This document shows, in pieces, positions 29,548 to 38,363 of a stretch of DNA of 64,000 bases. The translations under genes and the position numbers were made by a program. The notes beneath the pieces were generated by a model, which saw only the letters and a list, made by a program, of their open reading frames with translations, was not told the origin of the DNA and made no database searches. This DNA is from Bacteroidales bacterium. GTDB taxonomy: Bacteria > Bacteroidota > Bacteroidia > Bacteroidales > P3. The stretch is taken from the NCBI GenBank assembly GCA_017934545.1, contig JAGBJI010000010.1:32396-96395 (forward strand), read 5' to 3'. Within the stretch, counting starts at the first letter, position 1. Each line of letters begins with the position of its first letter.

Positions 29548-30873
29548 TTACTCGGCACCTACGGCTTGCCTGTATTTCAATGTTTTTATCTGCAAATCGG
29601 CTTTTGCGTCCTGCAAATCATTCTGCGATTGAACAAGCAACATCTGCGACTGCAACAAATCGGACATCGTTACCGTGCCTGCTTTAAAGAAGTTCTGATG
29701 ATTACGCAGGTTTTCCTCTGCCTGTTCAACGCTTTTCTGCATTACCTGCACTTGTTTGGTTGCGGCACTCATTTCGTTGTACGTTTGACGGATGCGGAGT
29801 TGAAGTTTTTGCGTGTTATCCTCCAATTCGTTTTGTGCAGCAATGATTTCCAAATTCTTTTTCTTAATTCTGTGACTGCCTCCCCACCAATCGCTGATAG
29901 GAACGCTGACAGTGGCAAAGACAAAACCGCGTTTGTAATCTTTATCCATTAAATTATTGTACGCATACGCAGCACCAACGGCAACACTTGGCAGATTACT
30001 TCCCGTTTCTATCTTTTTCAGCAACTCTTTCGCCTCTACGTTCTTTTTCAACAGTTGATATTCGTTAGTGTTCGTTACATCGGCATTAAGCAACTCTGTT
30101 TGCACCTGCGTGCAGTCATAAACCAATGTCATATCTTCACCAAACGCCACTCCCATGTGTTGGGCCAAAAGCATTTTGCTCAGTTTCAATCCGTCTTCAA
30201 GGCGTATCTTGTTTACCGCCATCTCATTGAGTTTCAAATCTACCTGAAGCACATCGTTATTTGTGCGTATTCCCGCCTTTACGGCAAGGTTTACGTCCCG
30301 CTTTATTGAATTTAACATTTCTATTGCGGCATCTACGGTCTTTAGTTTGTTTTCCAAATTCACCACCTGCCAGAAATATGTTTCCGAAAGCAAATTTATC
30401 TCGTTTTTAGTCAGATTATATTTCAACGAATCCGCTTCCAAGCCCACTCTTGCGAGCTTATTACCGTTTATTATCCTGCCTCCTGCGAATATGGGTTGAA
30501 CTGCCGACACCGAAGCAATTATTCCGTCATCTATATAGCCCGACTGTTGCGGCACAAAGGCACCCAGCGACGGCATGGTCTGCAAAATATTCTGCATAGC
30601 CATCATCTGTTCCTGCGACATGTTGATTTCAATTAAATCTTTGTTGGCTTTGAACGCTCCGCCCGTAGCACTGACCTGTGGAAAATAGTTAGTAAATGCT
30701 TCCTTTTGCGTTTGACGGCTTTGTTGCAGCGAAATGTCGGCGTTTTTCAACGTCAGGTTGTTTTTCAAGGCCGAATCCTTTACTTGATTTAAGGTATAAG
30801 TCTGTGCATTTATACATATCGGTGCAACAAATACTGATATTATTAATATAATTATTGAATTTATCTTTTTCAT
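29548..30873 (-). CDS. TolC-family outer membrane efflux protein
   Basis: Signal peptide. Two-repeat coiled-coil OEP architecture. The start ATG overlaps the stop of the upstream RND fragment (ATGA). Confidence 0.85.
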   Translation of the reverse strand: MKKINSIIILIISVFVAPICINAQTYTLNQVKDSALKNNLTLKNADISLQQSRQTQKEAFTNYFPQVSATGGAFKANKDLIEINMSQEQMMAMQNILQTMPSLGAFVPQQSGYIDDGIIASVSAVQPIFAGGRIINGNKLARVGLEADSLKYNLTKNEINLLSETYFWQVVNLENKLKTVDAAIEMLNSIKRDVNLAVKAGIRTNNDVLQVDLKLNEMAVNKIRLEDGLKLSKMLLAQHMGVAFGEDMTLVYDCTQVQTELLNADVTNTNEYQLLKKNVEAKELLKKIETGSNLPSVAVGAAYAYNNLMDKDYKRGFVFATVSVPISDWWGGSHRIKKKNLEIIAAQNELEDNTQKLQLRIRQTYNEMSAATKQVQVMQKSVEQAEENLRNHQNFFKAGTVTMSDLLQSQMLLVQSQNDLQDAKADLQIKTLKYRQAVGAE

Positions 30874-31042
30874 AACTGATTCTTGTTTTCTTTTTTACTG
30901 ATTAAGGCGTAGGCAACGGGCAGCACGGTTAGAATAAAAAACATTGTAAGTATAGTTCCGTAACATATAACTGCACCCATCGGCATCCACAAAGAACTTT
31001 TGCCTAATATCATCGGTATAACTCCCATACTTGCCCACGCAG
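30870..31042 (-). pseudogene. 3' fragment of the RND efflux transporter gene, separated from its 5' part by the mobile element
   Basis: Minus-strand translation AWASMGVIPMILGKSSLWMPMGAVICYGTILTMFFILTVLPVAYALISKKENKNQL* continues, in frame, the ORF that breaks at 55245. Confidence 0.85.
31028..31042. repeat. 15-bp direct repeat (attL core) of the mobile element
   Basis: TACTTGCCCACGCAG is identical to 55245-55259. Confidence 0.9.
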
Positions 31043-31387
31043 CATTTATATAATCTTCACTTACAGCACTTTAAGCATTTGAACGGTACAAGTAAGAAAA
31101 TGCAATTACTCATCCGCCATGCTTGTGTGTAATTTCCAGTCTTTCAAAGTCTGCGAAAGTGTCCACTTGACCTCTCGTTTGCAAAGGTAGTCAAATTCCC
31201 GCAAACAGAGGTCGTTTTTATGTCTAAAAATCATTAAATCGGCAAATCATTATCTATTTTTGCCAAGATACTGTTGTTTTGCGAGTAATTTAGCGCAAAA
31301 ATCCAAATAAATACGAATATTGAGAGAAATTTATATAAAATTGTGCGGTTTTCCCTTTAAAAATTTGGATAATTGAAAGAAAAAGGG

Positions 31388-31395
31388 TATTTTTG
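31388..31395 (+). promoter_or_regulatory. -7 box (TATTTTTG) upstream of abiEi
   Basis: TAnnTTTG match about 38 nt upstream of ATG 31433. Confidence 0.45.
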
Positions 31396-31432
31396 CGGAA
31401 AATTTCCCGTCATATTCGTAAAAATAGAGAAG

Positions 31433-32194
31433 ATGGCAACAAAAATACAGCAAATATTAGAGCAAGTTCCACACGACTCGGTATTATTCGGTTCTTGGCT
31501 TTCAAGTCAAGGATTGGATGCTCGTGGGCAGCACTCTTATATGAAGAGCGGATGGCTCGACCGTATATCCCAAGGAGTGTATAAAATACATGGTTCATCG
31601 CCAACGCTGATGGCTGCAGTATCATCTTATAACACGCAACTTTCTAAACAATGCATAGTAGGTGCTTATACTGCTTTGGAAATGCGTGGGTACTCTCATT
31701 ATCTCTCAATGGGAAAGCCTATGGCATTCTTGTTTACTAACAAAAGAAATAAGTTGCCTTTGTGGTTACTAAAGGAGGAGTGGGATATGACCATAAAATA
31801 TATGACCACCTCTTTTCTGGGTGATGAACTATTAGGTGTAGAAACAATGACCGTAGAGCAACATGATTTGCTTGTATCTTCTCCTGAACGTGCCATACTG
31901 GAGTGTCTGAACTTGCCAGACGCATCATCTTCTTTGCTTGACATCTATTATATAATGGAGAGCATGATGACATTACGTCCTAAACTTGTACAGGCATTGC
32001 TGGAGGCATGCACTTCACAGAAAGTGAAACGCCTATTCCTCTATATGGCAGAAAAGGCAAATCATTCCTGGGTCAAGGCCTTGAAACTTGAGAACATCAA
32101 TTTGGGTACATCGAGGTTTATGATAACAGCCACAGGAAAGTACATCAACAAGTATAATATGACAATATCCAAAGAACTTGCAGAATATGAATGA
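31433..32194 (+). CDS. abiEi: AbiEi-family antitoxin / transcriptional regulator (type IV TA)
   Basis: Start chosen at MATKIQQIL. N-terminal wHTH-like region. Paired with, and overlapping, a downstream AbiEii nucleotidyltransferase gene. Confidence 0.7.
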   Translation: MATKIQQILEQVPHDSVLFGSWLSSQGLDARGQHSYMKSGWLDRISQGVYKIHGSSPTLMAAVSSYNTQLSKQCIVGAYTALEMRGYSHYLSMGKPMAFLFTNKRNKLPLWLLKEEWDMTIKYMTTSFLGDELLGVETMTVEQHDLLVSSPERAILECLNLPDASSSLLDIYYIMESMMTLRPKLVQALLEACTSQKVKRLFLYMAEKANHSWVKALKLENINLGTSRFMITATGKYINKYNMTISKELAEYE

Positions 32195-33110
32195 CAACAT
32201 AAAATCAAGTGTTTATGCACAAAAGGTAGAACTACTGCTTCGCCTTATTCCGATTGTGATGGACGAGGGAGTATTTGCTATACATGGTGGTACAGCCATC
32301 AATCTGTTCCTGAAAGATTTACCCCGCTATTCGATAGATATTGACTTGACGTATATACCATTGGCTGACAGAAAAAACAGTTTGGACGACATCAACTTAC
32401 ACCTGAAATCCATTGCTGATAAGGCAAAGAAAGCATTCAAAGGGATGCACATTGTTCCAAACTTCAGTACGTGTAAATTGCTGTGTGAGTATCGAGGAAA
32501 GCAAGTAAAAATAGAGGTGAACCAGACAAAGAGGGGAATTATCGGTGGTGATTGTCTGTCTATACCATTGAGCGAGAAGGCACAAAGCGAGTTTTCTCTT
32601 TTTTGTGAAGCCAAAGTTGTGCCTTTAACTCAGTTGTATGGTGGTAAGATTGCTGCGGCACTCTCTCGTCAACATCCACGTGATTTATTTGACGTGAAGT
32701 ACATGGATATTCCTCTAAGCGAATGTCGTGAGGGGTTCATCTTCTGTTTGTTGGGAAGTGACAGACCGATATATGAGTCTTTTGCTCCAAGTCTGATTGA
32801 CCAGCGTGAGGCTATGGAGAACCAGTTCTCTGGAATGACAGAAATCCCCTTTACATACGAAGAGTTTGAAGAGACTCGTACAAAGCTCATCCACGATGTC
32901 AAATCACTCATGACGGAAGAAGATAAGAAGTTTCTAATCAGTTTTGAATCTGGCCAGCCAGAATGGGGCGGATACGAATTTGAATGCTTCAAGGATTATC
33001 CATCGGTACAATGGAAACTCCTTAATTTGAAGAAACTGGCTAAGCAGAATCCTCAAAAGTTGAGCAAAGAAGTTAAGAAACTGAATGCTATTTTGAAACA
33101 TAGTATGTAA
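32178..33110 (+). CDS. abiEii: AbiEii/AbiGii nucleotidyltransferase toxin
   Basis: HGGTAINLF...SIDIDLTY NTase motifs and ...QHPRDLFDV block. 17-nt overlap with abiEi. Confidence 0.78.
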   Translation: MQNMNDNIKSSVYAQKVELLLRLIPIVMDEGVFAIHGGTAINLFLKDLPRYSIDIDLTYIPLADRKNSLDDINLHLKSIADKAKKAFKGMHIVPNFSTCKLLCEYRGKQVKIEVNQTKRGIIGGDCLSIPLSEKAQSEFSLFCEAKVVPLTQLYGGKIAAALSRQHPRDLFDVKYMDIPLSECREGFIFCLLGSDRPIYESFAPSLIDQREAMENQFSGMTEIPFTYEEFEETRTKLIHDVKSLMTEEDKKFLISFESGQPEWGGYEFECFKDYPSVQWKLLNLKKLAKQNPQKLSKEVKKLNAILKHSM

Positions 33111-33135
33111 ACAAATTGGAAAGGTTGATAAGCGT

Positions 33136-33684
33136 ATGTCAAAGACAGAAGTCAAGAAATACATCAAGTCGCTGGAACGCGGCTCTTTGGAAGAGTTGGT
33201 GATGGACTTGTATTCGGCTCGCAAGGAGGCGAAGGAGTATCTGGAGTATGTGATAAAGCCCAACGACAGAGGCAAGTTGGAGCAATACAGGGAAGTCATA
33301 ACGAAAGAGTTCTTCCCGAGTCGTGGAGAGCCAAAGATGCGTTTCTCCGTGTGCCGTAAAGCCGTGTCAGAATACAAGTCGCTCGACCCTGCACCAGAGT
33401 TTCTTGCCGACTTGATGCTCTATATCCCAGAGTGTGCCAGCGAGATAGCAGACAACTACGGCGATATGTGGGAGCAGTTCTATGATGCCGCCGAGAACAA
33501 TTTCAAGGCTGCTATGAAGTATATTAGTGAACACCATCTGCAAAGCCAGTTCCAGAAGCGGATAGATATTCTACTGCATAACAGCGAATCCTCTGGCTGG
33601 GGCTTCCCTGATACGATGTGGGATATTTACTATGAGTATTCAGAAGTGAGCGAAGAACTGAATAAGTCTTTGTGCAGTCAGTAA
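33136..33684 (+). CDS. Hypothetical helical protein (uncharacterised family)
   Basis: 182 aa, no signal peptide. Clean ORF with ordinary codon usage, GC-richer by eye than the next gene. Confidence 0.5.
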   Translation: MSKTEVKKYIKSLERGSLEELVMDLYSARKEAKEYLEYVIKPNDRGKLEQYREVITKEFFPSRGEPKMRFSVCRKAVSEYKSLDPAPEFLADLMLYIPECASEIADNYGDMWEQFYDAAENNFKAAMKYISEHHLQSQFQKRIDILLHNSESSGWGFPDTMWDIYYEYSEVSEELNKSLCSQ

Positions 33685-33839
33685 CATTGTCTGTAGCATA
33701 ATGTCAGTGCTATTATGGGCATAATAAGGATGGGGATTGCATCTAAAGACAGGCTTCTTCAGTTAAAATTGACTTAAAATCGCTTATATGCACTAATGTT
33801 CGCAACTATTTTCGTAACTTTACTGCAAAAAATTTAAAT

Positions 33840-35111
33840 ATGACAGCTATTGTAGGGACAATAAACAGAAGAGGTGTTGCTTTTGCAGCAGATAGTGCAG
33901 CGACACATACAATATCTTCAAAGCATAAGATTACAAATCATGCAAACAAGATATTTGAGTTGTCGAAATACCATCCTGTCGGGGTTGCATTATGTGGAAA
34001 CCTTGACTTCTTAGGACTTCCATGGGAAGATATAATTAAGTTGTTTAGATCAAAGATGAAGCGTAAAGGTTATAAAACATTGAAGGAGTATTCTGACGCA
34101 TTCTTTATCTTTGTCCGGACAAACATCATGTCTGGTTTAAAAAACGACCAAAAACGAAATCTGGAAGTTATAGTAAATGGTTTTCTCAACGAGATTGTGA
34201 ATCTCTCAAGAAATGACCTTGAAGAAAAGAAGTTAGAGGTCAAAGATGAAACGATGTTTCCTATGTTCATAGAGAGACTTGACTATTTTGAAGATATGTA
34301 TAAGGGGAAAGAAACAAATAGGGATTTTTCCTCATACACATTAGATAAATTCAAGGTGTACTCTGATGAAATTGTTAGTAGGCTATTAAGTCCATTAACT
34401 ACCAATCCATTATGTCCTATAGAATTTAAAGAAAAGTTTGTTCAGTCTTTGTATTATATTATTATTTCCCAAATCCATGTTTATTTAGTTAATACAGAAT
34501 TGATATTCTGGGGATATGGTGATGATGAAATATTTCCTTCGTATTATTCCTATGTTATCAGTTCTGCATTTGATGATAGAATTAAAATTACCCTTAAGAG
34601 CCAATATGCGGTCTCTAATGATAGAATAGCCTGTGTTGAGCCATTTGCCCAAACAGATGTAGCAAATACTGTTGTAAGGGGAATCGATGCCGATTTACGA
34701 ATGAAATTCTATGAAAGTTATAATGCATCAATTACTATGTTTCGTGATGAAATTGTCTCAAAGTTAGAGTTGGCTGGTGCACCAATGAAACTAAAAGAGG
34801 TTTTGACATCGTTAGATATGAATTTATATACAAATACTTTTGTTGATGGTATGGAAGCATATATCCAAGACAATTATATACAGAAACTTGTTGATACTGT
34901 AGCATATCTTAGTAAAGAAGATCTTGCCGATATGGCAGAGAGTCTTGTGCGTATGACATACTTAAAGAGACGAATAACTTCAGAAGAAGAAAGTGTCGGA
35001 GGTCCTGTGGATGTTGCGGTTATAACTAAAGGAGATGGTTTTATTTGGCTTAAATGTAAGCACTATTTTGAAGCTGAACTAAATCCACATTTTTTTAACG
35101 TTCTAAAATGA
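33840..35111 (+). CDS. Proteasome-beta/HslV-like Thr-nucleophile (Ntn) hydrolase with a large internal insertion
   Basis: Met-Thr start (MTAIVGT...). Asp at position 17 counted from Thr1 (FAADSAAT). Lys in NKIFEL. ELIFWGYGDD strand. C-terminal SVGGPVDVAVITKGDGFIWL parallels the archaeal beta-subunit SGGMIDVAVITRKDGYVQL (recalled from memory). 423 aa, versus about 200 for a beta subunit. Confidence 0.55.
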   Translation: MTAIVGTINRRGVAFAADSAATHTISSKHKITNHANKIFELSKYHPVGVALCGNLDFLGLPWEDIIKLFRSKMKRKGYKTLKEYSDAFFIFVRTNIMSGLKNDQKRNLEVIVNGFLNEIVNLSRNDLEEKKLEVKDETMFPMFIERLDYFEDMYKGKETNRDFSSYTLDKFKVYSDEIVSRLLSPLTTNPLCPIEFKEKFVQSLYYIIISQIHVYLVNTELIFWGYGDDEIFPSYYSYVISSAFDDRIKITLKSQYAVSNDRIACVEPFAQTDVANTVVRGIDADLRMKFYESYNASITMFRDEIVSKLELAGAPMKLKEVLTSLDMNLYTNTFVDGMEAYIQDNYIQKLVDTVAYLSKEDLADMAESLVRMTYLKRRITSEEESVGGPVDVAVITKGDGFIWLKCKHYFEAELNPHFFNVLK

Positions 35112-35118
35112 TTTGATT

Positions 35119-35274
35119 ATGATGACGATATATAGTGAATCCTTAGAAATTAATAATAATGCTATCCCTGCAGAGAGTAATAACGTACAACAATCAGCTT
35201 TGGATGTATCTTTAACGACTATGCGTAATCAGTTAAAAAATGATTTGCAAGAAATAGACACCATTAAGTGGTAA
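35119..35274 (+). CDS. 51-aa ORF immediately downstream of the Ntn-hydrolase-like gene (absent from the ORF track)
   Basis: ATGATG start 8 nt after the upstream stop. MMTIYSESLEINNNAIPAESNNVQQSALDVSLTTMRNQLKNDLQEIDTIKW*. Same AT-rich composition as the upstream gene. Confidence 0.35.
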   Translation: MMTIYSESLEINNNAIPAESNNVQQSALDVSLTTMRNQLKNDLQEIDTIKW

Positions 35275-35322
35275 TGACATTTTACTAATGCTTAGGGACA
35301 AATTTTGAGTGCTTTAATTTTC

Positions 35323-35340
35323 CGATAAATCAGAATTTAG
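35323..35340. repeat. Shufflon recombination core s1 (CGATAAATCAGAATTTAG)
   Basis: Same orientation as 38911-38928. Reverse complement of 36080-36097 and 39561-39578. Confidence 0.85.
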
Positions 35341-35728
35341 CGACACCTGACCGTTCGTCAAGAGTGGCAGGAGTTCGTCGCACTGCTTAATCAAGTTATT
35401 ATTTTCTTCAATGTTCGCATCTATTTTCGCGTACAACTCGTTTACTCTGTCAAAGAATTTATAGACAACGCTTTCTTGAGGTTTAATCCACTTATTTGCA
35501 ATAAATGTTTCGGTCATAAAGTTTTTAATACCACTTGTTTTTCCTTCATAATTGAACATTACGCCATTGTCATAAAACATTTTCCAAACGTAAAAGAAAT
35601 ACGAGGAATAACGTGTATCTGAGAAACTAAAAGCATGACAGAAATTAGAGCACGTCAAACTGCCTCCATTTCTTCGGATAACGCCTGGAGTGATAAGAGC
35701 ACTTCGACCCGTAGCCTGTACAGGACTA

Positions 35729-35738
35729 CCCCCCCCCC
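35729..35738. repeat. C10/G10 homopolymer in the silent hsdS cassette
   Basis: Ten consecutive C on the plus strand. It is the site of the frame break between the two partial ORFs. Confidence 0.95.
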
Positions 35739-36079
35739 TGACACTTCTATAACAACATCCCAAGCAGAAAGCAACTTTGACATGTTCGCTTTTTTAATGT
35801 ATCGCTTTGGAAGATAATTTAGTTTCACTATGTCCGCTCCTCTGATACAGCCTATTTCAATTGGTGTGTTTGGTGTTTGTTCATCTGCTCCCCAATCGCC
35901 AGTATTGTTCTTACTTATAAATTCATTCATCCTACAAACATTCCATGTATCTGGTATATTCATTTGAAGCTCTTCATTCCAAACCATCGCACCGCCACTT
36001 GACTTGTACGGCTTGCCCTCCTCATTCGGGAAGTCAAACTGCACAAACCAGTAGTCGTAGAGTTGCTTGGCGAGTGCTT

Positions 36080-36097
36080 CTAAATTCTGATTTATCG
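36080..36097. repeat. Shufflon recombination core s2 (CTAAATTCTGATTTATCG)
   Basis: Reverse complement of s1 and s3. Direct with s4. Confidence 0.85.
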
Positions 36098-36134
36098 TTC
36101 TTTATATATTATATAGGACATAAATTAGGCAAAT

Positions 36135-37126
36135 ATGAGAGAAAGTATTATTCAGGCAATCGTCGCGGATATGCAGCGCGACTTGGACTGCCGACAAATG
36201 GCAAGGCTGAAAGCCGTGCTTATCAAAGAACTGCAAGATGTGGAGATAACCGAGTGTGCCAATAGGAATGAGCAACGGAAAAAGGAGAACGCGGAACTGT
36301 TGGATAGTTTCCTGTCTGCCAAGAAGGTCGAGGGTTGCTCTGAGAAAACGCTGTCTTATTATCGGCATACTATAAACGATTGCTGCTGACGGTGGCTGTG
36401 GCTGTGTACCATGTGACTACCAGCGATATTCGTCAATACCTCTCTGATTACCAGGAAGAAAAAGGAAGCAGCAAAGTTACGATTGACAATATGCGGCGTA
36501 TTTTCTCCAGTTTCTTTGCGTGGCTGGAAGATGAGGACTACATCGCCAAAAGTCCCGTGCGCCGTATTCACAAGGTGAAAACCGACTCGTTGGTGAAAGA
36601 AGTGTTGAGTGATGAGCAGTTGGAGCAACTACGGGATAATTGCACAAACATACGTGATTTGGCTATCATTGATATCCTTTCTTCTACAGGTATTCGTGTG
36701 GGGGAACTGGTGAAACTTAATCGTTCAGACATTGATTTCCATGAACGCCAATGTGTGGTCTTTGGCAAGGGAAATAAAGAGCGTATGGTCTATTTCAATG
36801 CGCGAACCAAACTGCATCTGCAACAATACCTAAAGTCCAGAACGGATAGCAATTCTGCTCTGTTTGTTTCCCTGTTGTCACCCCACAACCGCTTAACCAT
36901 TAGTGGGGTGGAAGTCCGTATTCGCGGAATGGGCAATCGTTTGTCAATCCCCAAAGTCCACCCACACAAGTTTCGTCGCACCCTTGCGACGATGGCTATA
37001 GACAAAGGGATGCCCATAGAGCAGGTGCAGCGGCTATTAGGGCATGTGCGCATCGACACCACGCTACATTACGCCATTGTGAACCAAAACAATGTTAAAA
37101 TGGCGCATAAAAAGTATATTGGCTAA
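36135..37126 (+). pseudogene. Shufflon-associated tyrosine recombinase, split by a 1-nt frameshift near 36372-36385
   Basis: The N-terminal ORF (36135-36389, ...EGCSEKTLSYYRHTIN) and C-terminal ORF (36380-37126) are in different frames. The C-terminal ORF has ...TTSDIRQYL...GIRVGEL...HPHKFRRTLAT...LLGHVRIDTTLHY (R..HxxR..Y catalytic pattern). Confidence 0.75.
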
Positions 37127-37158
37127 GCCCATTTCGCCTATATTTCAGGGAAAAGTTG

Positions 37159-37166
37159 TAACTTTG
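37159..37166 (+). promoter_or_regulatory. -7 box (TAACTTTG) upstream of the yhcG-like gene
   Basis: TAnnTTTG match about 18 nt upstream of ATG 37184. Confidence 0.4.
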
Positions 37167-37183
37167 CACCAAAATGGTGCAAT

Positions 37184-38362
37184 ATGGCAGAAAACAATAA
37201 AGGAGAAAAAGGCGTATCAAGCTCAAACATTTTCCATGCAGTGATTGGAAAATCTGAAGCAGGTTCTCTTCCTGATGGGTATGAATTATGGCGAAAAGAA
37301 ATCATTGCACTCATAGAACAAGCGAAGTACAAGGCTGCTTTGAGTGTCAATTCCGAGTTACTGTCACTCTATTGGAAAATTGGTACAGACATCATCAAGA
37401 AACAGAAGGAACAGGGCTGGGGTACTCAGGTAGTTGAACAATTAGCGAAGGATTTATCAGTCCGCTTCCCAGATGATAGGGGCTATTCTGCTCGTAATCT
37501 GTGGAATATGAAAAGGTTCGCCCATGAATATCCTGATTTCCCATTTCTGCAAGTGCTACTTGCAGAAATTCAAAACGTCCCAATTCTACAAGTGGCACTT
37601 GCAGAATTAAAGGAAGCTGGCAAAGACTATGTGCAAGTGCCGCTTGCACAAATCACATGGTATCATCACATATCCTTGATTCCGAAGGTCAAGGAAGTAG
37701 GCCAGCGCGCATTCTACATCATGGCTACGGCACAGGAAGGCTGGAGCCGCGACGTGATGCTCATGCAGATTGACAATGGTTATATAGAGGCAAAGGGCAA
37801 ATCTATCAATAATTTTTCTGCTACACTGCCGCCCGTACAGTCAGACTTGGCACGCTACACCTTCAAAGACCCTTACAATTTCAGTTTCTTGGGTACTGTT
37901 GCACTGCAAAATGAACTTGACATCGAGAAGAAACTGACAGAGAAGGTCACCGATTTCCTCTTGGAAATGGGTAAGGGTTTCTCTTTTGTCGGTAGGCAAT
38001 ACCACTTGTCTGTTGATGGTGACGATTACTATATCGACATTCTGATGTACCACTTGAAACTGCACTGCTATGTGGTTGTGGAATTGAAGGCAGTCGAATT
38101 TATTCCAGAGTTTGTCAGCAAGCTGAACTTCTATATCTCTGCTGTTGATGAATATGTGAAAGCACCAGAAGACAAGCCTACTATCGGATTACTACTGTGC
38201 CGCACTAAGAGCGACACGAAGGCTCGCTTCGCACTTCGCGGCATCACCCAGCCATTGGGTATTGCCCAATACGAGACAGAAAAACTGTTTGCCGATGTTG
38301 CATCGTCCCTGCCGCAAATAGAGGAACTGGAAGATAATATGGAAAAGGAAAACGAGCGATAG
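37184..38362 (+). CDS. YhcG/DUF1016-family PDDEXK nuclease
   Basis: N-terminal ...LYWKIG..I...Q...GWG..VV.QLAKDL...FP...G.S..NLW.M..F helical domain. C-terminal ...FSFVGRQYHL...DYYIDILMYHLKLHCYVVVELK PD-(D/E)xK core. Confidence 0.8.
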   Translation: MAENNKGEKGVSSSNIFHAVIGKSEAGSLPDGYELWRKEIIALIEQAKYKAALSVNSELLSLYWKIGTDIIKKQKEQGWGTQVVEQLAKDLSVRFPDDRGYSARNLWNMKRFAHEYPDFPFLQVLLAEIQNVPILQVALAELKEAGKDYVQVPLAQITWYHHISLIPKVKEVGQRAFYIMATAQEGWSRDVMLMQIDNGYIEAKGKSINNFSATLPPVQSDLARYTFKDPYNFSFLGTVALQNELDIEKKLTEKVTDFLLEMGKGFSFVGRQYHLSVDGDDYYIDILMYHLKLHCYVVVELKAVEFIPEFVSKLNFYISAVDEYVKAPEDKPTIGLLLCRTKSDTKARFALRGITQPLGIAQYETEKLFADVASSLPQIEELEDNMEKENER

Positions 38363-38363
38363 G

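Larger units (their letters stand above)
35314..36097 (-). pseudogene. hsdS': Silent hsdS cassette (central conserved region + alternative C-terminal TRD + 3' conserved region), frameshifted at a G10 tract
   Basis: Two overlapping ORFs (35655-36044 and 35314-35763) join as ...VIEVSGGG/SPVQATGRS... The ends duplicate the hsdS segments 39509-39578 (1 mismatch in 70) and 38911-38978. Confidence 0.8.

Noticed and set aside
35945-36265. 106-aa plus-strand ORF bridging the silent hsdS cassette and the recombinase promoter
   Set aside because: It is antisense to the conserved hsdS central region and overlaps the recombinase start. There is no independent support.
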